A DNA stretch of 64,000 nucleotides from an uncultured Solirubrobacterales bacterium (GTDB lineage Bacteria; Actinomycetota; Thermoleophilia; Solirubrobacterales; 70-9), in NCBI GenBank assembly GCA_963816505.1, contig CAWFKT010000002.1, positions 448,895 to 512,894 of the forward strand. Reading direction: 5' to 3'. Made by a program: the position numbers and the translations under genes. The notes beneath the pieces are model-generated. The model was not told the origin of the DNA, did no database searches, and saw only the letters and a list, made by a program, of their open reading frames with translations. Of this stretch, positions 58,848 through 64,000 are shown piece by piece (the stretch's first letter is position 1; the number at the start of each line of letters is the position of its first letter).

Positions 58848-59927
58848 GTGGAGCGCAGCGAGCCACTTCTACACCGCATCGGCGAGGCCGGGGCGAAATT
58901 CGGCACCAAGCCGCCGCGCAGCAAACGCGTCCGGCTGGCGATCCAGCTCGGCATCGCGATCCTCGTCTTCGGCTTCCTCGTCCTCACCGTCGTCAACCAG
59001 TGGGCCGAGATCAAGGACAAGGGCGTCCACTTCCACGTCCTCTGGCTGATCCCGGCCTTCGTCGTCCTGCCGATCTTCTACGCGCTCAACGCGGTCGGCT
59101 GGGACCTGATCCTGCGCTTCCTCGGCTACCGGCTCGGGGCAGGGCGGGCGCAGGTCGCCTGGGGCCAGCCGCTGCTGGCCCGCTACGTGCCCGGCAGCGT
59201 TCTCTACGTCCTCGGTCGGGTCCTGCTCTCCGAGCGGGTGGGGGTGCCGCGGCGCTTGACGATTGCCAGCATCGTCTACGAACAGGCGCTGCAGGCGACC
59301 TCGGCGGTCATCGTCGCCGCCTACTTCCTGATCGACCACCCCGACCTGCAGGGCCAGTCGTGGCGCTGGGGGGTGCTGGTGCTGATCCCGCTGGCGATCG
59401 CGCTGCTGCACCCGCGCGTCTTTGGCCCGCTCGCAAACCGGGTGCTGCGGGCGTTCGGCAGGGAGCCGCTGCCGGAGGTGATCTCGCTGCGCGGGGTCTT
59501 CGCCGTGCTCGCTTTCTACACGCTCAACTGGGGCGTCGCCGCGGTCGGCATCTGGTGCGTGGCGCGCTCGGTCAGCTCGATCGCGCCGAGCGACATGCTC
59601 GCCGCCGGCGCCGCCCAGGCCTTCGGCTACGTGGCGGCGCTGGTCACCCTCGTCGCCCCCGCCGGCCTCGGTGTCCGCGACGCGGCGTTTGCCTGGGCCT
59701 TCAAGTCGGTGGCGCCGGGCAACAGCTTCGCGGTCGCCTCGCTGGTGGCGATCGTCGTGCGGGGGGTGCTTACGCTGGTCGAACTGATCTATGTCGCGAT
59801 CGTTACGGCTATGGGGCGGCGGGAGGGGTGGTCCATTCATACGGGGGTAATTCACCCGTCGCCCGAGGAGGAACGGGCCGAGGAGGGGGAGTCCCCCGCC
59901 CGAACTCGCGGGCTTCGCCCGCTCTGA
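58848..59927 (+). CDS. Flippase-like / LPG-synthase-TM (UPF0104-like) membrane protein
   Basis: 359 aa with about 8 TM helices. ...AVGWDLILRFLGYRL...LLARYVPGSVLYVLGRV... pattern. The last ~18 codons lie inside repeat H. Confidence 0.5.
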   Translation: MERSEPLLHRIGEAGAKFGTKPPRSKRVRLAIQLGIAILVFGFLVLTVVNQWAEIKDKGVHFHVLWLIPAFVVLPIFYALNAVGWDLILRFLGYRLGAGRAQVAWGQPLLARYVPGSVLYVLGRVLLSERVGVPRRLTIASIVYEQALQATSAVIVAAYFLIDHPDLQGQSWRWGVLVLIPLAIALLHPRVFGPLANRVLRAFGREPLPEVISLRGVFAVLAFYTLNWGVAAVGIWCVARSVSSIAPSDMLAAGAAQAFGYVAALVTLVAPAGLGVRDAAFAWAFKSVAPGNSFAVASLVAIVVRGVLTLVELIYVAIVTAMGRREGWSIHTGVIHPSPEEERAEEGESPARTRGLRPL

Positions 59928-59965
59928 GTATCCGCCCGTTCGGGGGACTCCCCCTCCTCGGCCCG
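59874..59965. repeat. Palindromic element H (core-less relative)
   Basis: Arms CGGGCCGAGGAGGGGGAGTCCCCCG (59874-59898) and the exact reverse complement (59941-59965), 25/25 bp. The interior contains GCTCTGAGTATCC, similar to the loop of F. Confidence 0.9.
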
Positions 59966-59967
59966 CG

Positions 59968-60990
59968 TCAAAGCGGGACGCGCGCTCCTAGTTGGTAGGC
60001 GGTGAGCACCAAGAGGAGAAGCTTTAGGGCTCGGTCTCTTGAGAGAGCTGCGGCGGGCAATGGCCATAGGAGATACCAGGGGAGGAGCCAGGCGGTGGCT
60101 AGCAGAAGACCAAAGGTGGCCCAGGCGGTGGCGCGTAGCCAGTCGTTGCCTCGGTAGGTCCAGGTGAGGAGGTAGATGATGAGGGCTGCGTATAGGGCCA
60201 GGGCGGCGGCTCTTGTTGCGGCGCTGTCCAGGCCGGTGATGCGGGCGATGGTTGTCGGGATGCTTAGGTGGCTCGTGTGGCCCTGGTTCTCGCCTGCCTG
60301 CCCGAGCGCGTCGAGCCAGTGCCAGCCGAAACCGAGATACGCAGCGCCCCCGATCGCAGCGAGCGCCCCGGCAGCCCCAACCAACAGTCGGCCGATGGGC
60401 CGAAATGTCGACCTGGAGTTGACATTTCGGCCCATCGGCGGCCGGTTCACGACGCCGAGGAGGGCGAAGGGGGCTGCCACCGCGGCCGAGGCCTTGATGG
60501 CGACTGCGGCTACGAGGGACGCGCCGGCTGAAGCCTCTCGCGCCGTCAGCACGCCCGCTATGCCGAGCGTGGTCAGCAGGACGGCGATGGCGTCATTGTG
60601 GGGACCGCCGACTACGTGTACGAGGACCAGGGGGTTGAGGGCGACGAAGGCGGCGGCCCGCAGCGGGTCGATGCCGCGGGCGGGGGCGAGGCGGGCTACC
60701 AGGGCCGCGATCGTGAGGACGGCCAGGGCCGAGGCGGCCTTGAGGACGTAGACCGCGACGCCGACCGGCAGCCAGGCGAGCGGGTAGGTCGCCAGGGTGA
60801 AGAGGGGGCCGTAGGCGCTGGTCGTGTGGGGCCAGGTGACGTGAGCGAAGGCGGGGTCGCCCGGGGCCGCGGCCGGTCCCCGCAAGTAGGGGTCGATGCC
60901 GTGCAGGGCGCCGAGGCGGGCGTAGTCGACGTAGCTGTAGATGTCGTGGGAGAGCAGCGGCGGCAGGCAGGCGAAGGCGAGGAGGAGCAC
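59968..60990 (-). CDS. GT87/DUF2029-like polyprenol-phosphate-mannose-dependent mannosyltransferase (N-terminus probably longer)
   Basis: ...LLSHDIYSYVDYARLGALHGIDPY...TSAYGPLFTLATYP... plus at least 8 TM helices. The frame stays open upstream to 61107 and encodes a further TM (AAYALIWAGFLAYLGVLAW), but no canonical start codon lies there. Confidence 0.65.
   Translation of the reverse strand: MLLLAFACLPPLLSHDIYSYVDYARLGALHGIDPYLRGPAAAPGDPAFAHVTWPHTTSAYGPLFTLATYPLAWLPVGVAVYVLKAASALAVLTIAALVARLAPARGIDPLRAAAFVALNPLVLVHVVGGPHNDAIAVLLTTLGIAGVLTAREASAGASLVAAVAIKASAAVAAPFALLGVVNRPPMGRNVNSRSTFRPIGRLLVGAAGALAAIGGAAYLGFGWHWLDALGQAGENQGHTSHLSIPTTIARITGLDSAATRAAALALYAALIIYLLTWTYRGNDWLRATAWATFGLLLATAWLLPWYLLWPLPAAALSRDRALKLLLLVLTAYQLGARVPL
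60391..60439. repeat. Perfect 19-bp inverted repeat embedded in-frame in the GT87-like CDS
   Basis: GCCGATGGGCCGAAATGTC (60391-60409), an 11-nt loop, then GACATTTCGGCCCATCGGC (60421-60439). Encodes ...PMGRNVNSRSTFRPIG... on the minus strand. The centre is AT-richer than its surroundings. Confidence 0.85.
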
Positions 60991-61107
60991 GACGATCGTG
61001 CCCCAGACGACGCGGCGGCCGAGCCGCGGCGCCCAGGCGAGGACGCCCAGGTAAGCGAGGAAGCCGGCCCAGATGAGGGCGTAGGCCGCCCCTGGCGCGA
61101 GGCTCAG

Positions 61108-63243
61108 CTATTCGCTCCCGGCTTCGCCGGCGCTGGCGCCTCCGCCGACGCCCGTGGACGGCAGCGGCGCCACCGGCGTCGGTTCTTGCCCGGCGCCCGG
61201 CGCGTAAGCGTCGGGGTTGTAGCCGCCGGTCGCTTCTTCGCCGAGTTCCCGCGCCCGTTCGGATTCTTCATTCGCCGCGCCGTAGACGCCGCCGTGCGCG
61301 CGCGGCGGCGCGGCGGTGAAGCTGCCGAAAAAGGGCGCCCATTCGATCGGCGTCTTCGGCACGCTGAATTCCTCGCAGGGGACTTCGGCGCCCGAGTAGA
61401 GCGAGTGCCAGATTTCCGCCGGGAAGGTGCCGCCGAAGACGGTGATCCCGTGCACGCTGGTCATTTCGATCGCGTTGGACTGCGGGTAGCCGACCCAGAC
61501 CACGCTGGTCAGGTTGGGCTGGTAGCCGGCGAACCAGGCGTCGGTCTCGCGGTCGGTCGTGCCGGTCTTGCCGGCCTGGCCGGGGCAACCGGTGTAGGCG
61601 GCGGTGCCGGTCCCTTCGACGATGTTGTCGTGCAGAAGCCGCGTCACCTGGTAGGCGACCTGCTTGGAGATCACCCGCCGCGGCGCGGTGCGGTTGGGCC
61701 GCTCGACCCGGCCGCCGGGGAAGGCGACGCGGCGGATCGCGATCGGGTCGTGGCGGATCCCGCCGGAGGCGAGGGTCGCGTAGGCGTCGGCCATCTCCAG
61801 CGGCGAGACGCCCACCCGCAGGCCGCCGATCCCCTCCGCCGGAATCCCGTCCAGCGGGCTGACGATCCCCATCGAGTGAGCCGTTTCCGCCACCCGCTGC
61901 GGGCCGACGTCGAGGTCGAGCTGGGCGAAGACGGTGTTGTCGGAGGCGACCGTCGCCTGCTGCAGGTTGACCCGGCCGAGGTAGCCCTCGTCGGCGGTGT
62001 GGACTTCCCAGTGCCCCCACTTGGGCAGGTTGAGGTCGAGCGGTTTCGAGGTGTAGTAGGTCGTGTAGGGGTCGATCCCCTGCTTGATCGCCGTCGTCAG
62101 CACGAAGGCCTTGAAGGTCGAGCCGGGCTGGCGGTGGCCCTGGGCGGCGAGGTTGAACTGGTTGCGGTCGTAGCTCGTGCTCGAGGCCATCGTCTCGATA
62201 TCGCCGTTGTGCGGGTTGATCGAGACCAGCGCCGAGGAGGGGTCGGTCGGGTAGGGCAGGGTCGAGTGCATCGCGTTCAGGCCGATTTCCTGCAGGCGCG
62301 GCTGGATCGTCGTGTAGACCCGCAGCCCGCCCTTGCGCACCGCGTCGACGCCGTAGCGTTCGATCAGCTCGTTTTCGACGTAGTCGAAGAAGAAGGGTTC
62401 GCGGTGGGCGAAGTAGGAGCCGGAGGCGTCGAGGCCGAGGCCGCGCCGCTCGGCCGCCGCCGCCCGCGCCGCCGAGACGTAGCCGAGGTGGGCCATCTTC
62501 GCCAGCACCTCGTTGCGCCGTTGCCGCGCCTGGCCGGGATGCAGCAGCGGGTTGTATTCCGAGGGCGCCTGCGGCAGCCCGGCCAGCAGCGCCGCCTGGT
62601 CGAGGCGCAGCTTCCAGACCGGCTTGGAGAAGTAGATCTTCGCCGCGGCCTGGACGCCGATCGCGGTGGCGCCTTCGACCGTCCCGTAGGAGGCGGTGTT
62701 GAGGTACTGGTCGAGGATTTCTTTCTTCGAGTGTTTTTCGGCGTACTCGATCGCCAGCTTCGCCTCGATGATCTTGCGTTCGAGTGTCCGCTTCGGGTTG
62801 CGGATGCAGAGGTTGCGGACGAGCTGCTGGGTGATCGTCGAGCCGCCCTCGACCGTCTTGCCCGCTTCGAGGTTCTTCAGCTCGGCGCGGGCGATCCCCT
62901 CGAGGTCGATGCCGCCGTGTTCGTAGAAGCGCTGGTCCTCGATCGCGACCGTCGCCCGCTGCAGCTGCTTGGGGATGCGGCCGATCGCGACCGGCTCGCG
63001 CGCTTCGTCGGACTCGATCAGCCCCAGCTTGCTGCCGTCGCCGGCGTAGATCGCCGAGTTGCCGGCCCGGCTGACCGTCTTGCAGGCCGCCAGCGAGGGC
63101 GCCTCGGCGGCGACGTTCAGCACCCAGGAGGCGATCGCGATCCCGGCCAGGACGAGCGCGACGAGCAGGCCCGCGCCGACGAAGAGCAGCTTGCTCGGTG
63201 CCCCCCCGCGGCGTCGCTGACGTCGCCGATTGCGCTGCGCCAT
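61108..63243 (-). CDS. Class A penicillin-binding protein (transglycosylase + transpeptidase)
   Basis: GT51 motifs ...ATVAIEDQRFYEHGGIDL...GGSTITQQLVRN..., transpeptidase ...GSTFKAFV..., ...SDNTVF..., ...KTGTT... N-terminal TM. 711 aa. Confidence 0.92.
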   Translation of the reverse strand: MAQRNRRRQRRRGGAPSKLLFVGAGLLVALVLAGIAIASWVLNVAAEAPSLAACKTVSRAGNSAIYAGDGSKLGLIESDEAREPVAIGRIPKQLQRATVAIEDQRFYEHGGIDLEGIARAELKNLEAGKTVEGGSTITQQLVRNLCIRNPKRTLERKIIEAKLAIEYAEKHSKKEILDQYLNTASYGTVEGATAIGVQAAAKIYFSKPVWKLRLDQAALLAGLPQAPSEYNPLLHPGQARQRRNEVLAKMAHLGYVSAARAAAAERRGLGLDASGSYFAHREPFFFDYVENELIERYGVDAVRKGGLRVYTTIQPRLQEIGLNAMHSTLPYPTDPSSALVSINPHNGDIETMASSTSYDRNQFNLAAQGHRQPGSTFKAFVLTTAIKQGIDPYTTYYTSKPLDLNLPKWGHWEVHTADEGYLGRVNLQQATVASDNTVFAQLDLDVGPQRVAETAHSMGIVSPLDGIPAEGIGGLRVGVSPLEMADAYATLASGGIRHDPIAIRRVAFPGGRVERPNRTAPRRVISKQVAYQVTRLLHDNIVEGTGTAAYTGCPGQAGKTGTTDRETDAWFAGYQPNLTSVVWVGYPQSNAIEMTSVHGITVFGGTFPAEIWHSLYSGAEVPCEEFSVPKTPIEWAPFFGSFTAAPPRAHGGVYGAANEESERARELGEEATGGYNPDAYAPGAGQEPTPVAPLPSTGVGGGASAGEAGSE

Positions 63244-63273
63244 CGCCAGAGGGTACTTCGGCCCGGCGCCCGC

Positions 63274-63699
63274 TCAGGCCTGGGTGTCCTCGGTCGAGAG
63301 GTTGTGGACGACTCCCTCGACCAGGAGCTGGTTGGGGATCACGACCGAGGTGCCGTCGCCGGGGTTGACGTAGGTGTAGGAGAGGGTGATGTCGGTGACG
63401 CGGCCCTCGGTCTCCTCGAAGCGGATGCGGTCGCCGATCTTGATCGGCTGCGAGACGGCGAGCTGAACGCCGGCGACCATGTTGGCGATCGTGTGCTGCG
63501 CGGCGAAGCCGACGATCGCCGCCAGCACGGCGGTCGAGGCGAGGATTCCGGTCGCCAGCCGCTTCAGCTCGGTGAACTGGCTGAGCGCGATCGCGACGAC
63601 GACGAGGAAGACGACCAGGAAGATCAGGCGGCGTAGGAAGCGGAGGCGGGTCTTGGTGGACCGCGAGACCTGTGAGACTGCCGGCGTCATGGATGCCAC
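63274..63699 (-). CDS. MscS-family mechanosensitive channel-like protein (short)
   Basis: ...ILASTAVLAAIVGFAAQHTIANMVAGVQLAVSQPIKIGDRIRFEETEGRVTDITLSYT...VVIPNQLL... is the pore helix TM3 plus beta-domain signature. Only 141 aa. Confidence 0.6.
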   Translation of the reverse strand: MASMTPAVSQVSRSTKTRLRFLRRLIFLVVFLVVVAIALSQFTELKRLATGILASTAVLAAIVGFAAQHTIANMVAGVQLAVSQPIKIGDRIRFEETEGRVTDITLSYTYVNPGDGTSVVIPNQLLVEGVVHNLSTEDTQA

Positions 63700-64000
63700 G
63701 GTATCCCGAAAGCCCTCCTTCCCCTATTCCAATTGGGGCCCAGTCGTCGGCCTGCTTGGGGTGCTGCTCGCCCTTGTTACCGGGGTTGTGCTTGCGATTC
63801 CGGCGGTCATTGCCGGTCATCGGCCGCATGGGCATTTGACCGATGCAGCGAATGCGGTCGTTCAGTTCATGGCCGAGCTGAGCTTTCTGCTGGTGCCGAT
63901 CGCGATCGCCTGCTGGAAAGGGGCGTCGTTTCGGGAGGCGTTGCGGCGGTTGGGGCTGCGGCGCTTCCGGCCATCTGCGATCAAGTGGATGTTCGCGGCG
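63689..64000 (+). CDS. Membrane protein, possibly CPBP/CAAX-type protease N-terminus (partial, runs off window)
   Basis: Hand translation from ATG 63689: MDATVSRKPSFPYSNWGPVVGLLGVLLALVTGVVLAIPAVIAG...FMAELSFLLVPIAIACWKG...REALRRLGLRR... No stop before 64000. The family call is weak. Confidence 0.3.
   Translation, partial: MDATVSRKPSFPYSNWGPVVGLLGVLLALVTGVVLAIPAVIAGHRPHGHLTDAANAVVQFMAELSFLLVPIAIACWKGASFREALRRLGLRRFRPSAIKWMFAA

Overview
High-GC bacterial chromosome window (hand counts about 72% GC in core genes) spanning the replication-origin neighbourhood. recF'-dnaN-dnaA lie on the minus strand, with a DnaA-box cluster (probable oriC) between dnaA and dnaN. rpmH-rnpA-yidD-yidC-jag-rsmG-parA-parB-tRNA-Ile follow on the plus strand. 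Gene content suggests a deep-branching Actinomycetota-like Gram-positive (inference only).

Other content, in order:
- ddl and an aminotransferase
- an AlkP-family enzyme plus a GT-C membrane protein
- a YmdB-like phosphoesterase
- an ABC-2 exporter pair
- hemB, an AhbAB-like gene and hemL
- a Bacillus-type qcrABC followed by menG and a polyprenyl synthase
- tatA and tatC, then tRNA-Lys
- an MMPL transporter and six tandem mce genes
- dnaB plus a DnaC/DnaI-like loader, then purA
- a TetR regulator
- rpsF-ssb-rpsR-rplI
- otsA and treT
- an MprAB/PepD-like two-component plus HtrA module
- thiL, two GT87/flippase-like envelope genes and a class A PBP

Most interesting signals:
1. At least eight long (75-124 bp) palindromic intergenic elements. 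Each has perfectly complementary but copy-specific GC-rich arms. Five share a conserved asymmetric core (TYAACTTTTYSG ... CSRAAAAGTACAAGMC). Three sit in successive gaps of the yidC-parA string, and some supply stop or start codons or C-terminal tails.
2. A six-gene mce cluster with no YrbE/MlaE permease or ATPase. It lies next to an MMPL transporter and is interleaved with a three-member family of secreted Cys-containing proteins of lower GC.
3. dnaB translationally coupled to a DnaC/DnaI-type AAA+ loader, with an oriC-type 11-mer bracketing the dnaB start.
4. A fused siroheme-decarboxylase-like gene inside the hem cluster.

Caveat: at least 22 apparent single-base frameshifts hit core genes (rnpA, jag, parB, ddl, ssb, rpsF, mce4-6 and others) in clusters. 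These are most likely assembly indels. No CRISPR array, transposase, integrase or rRNA was seen.
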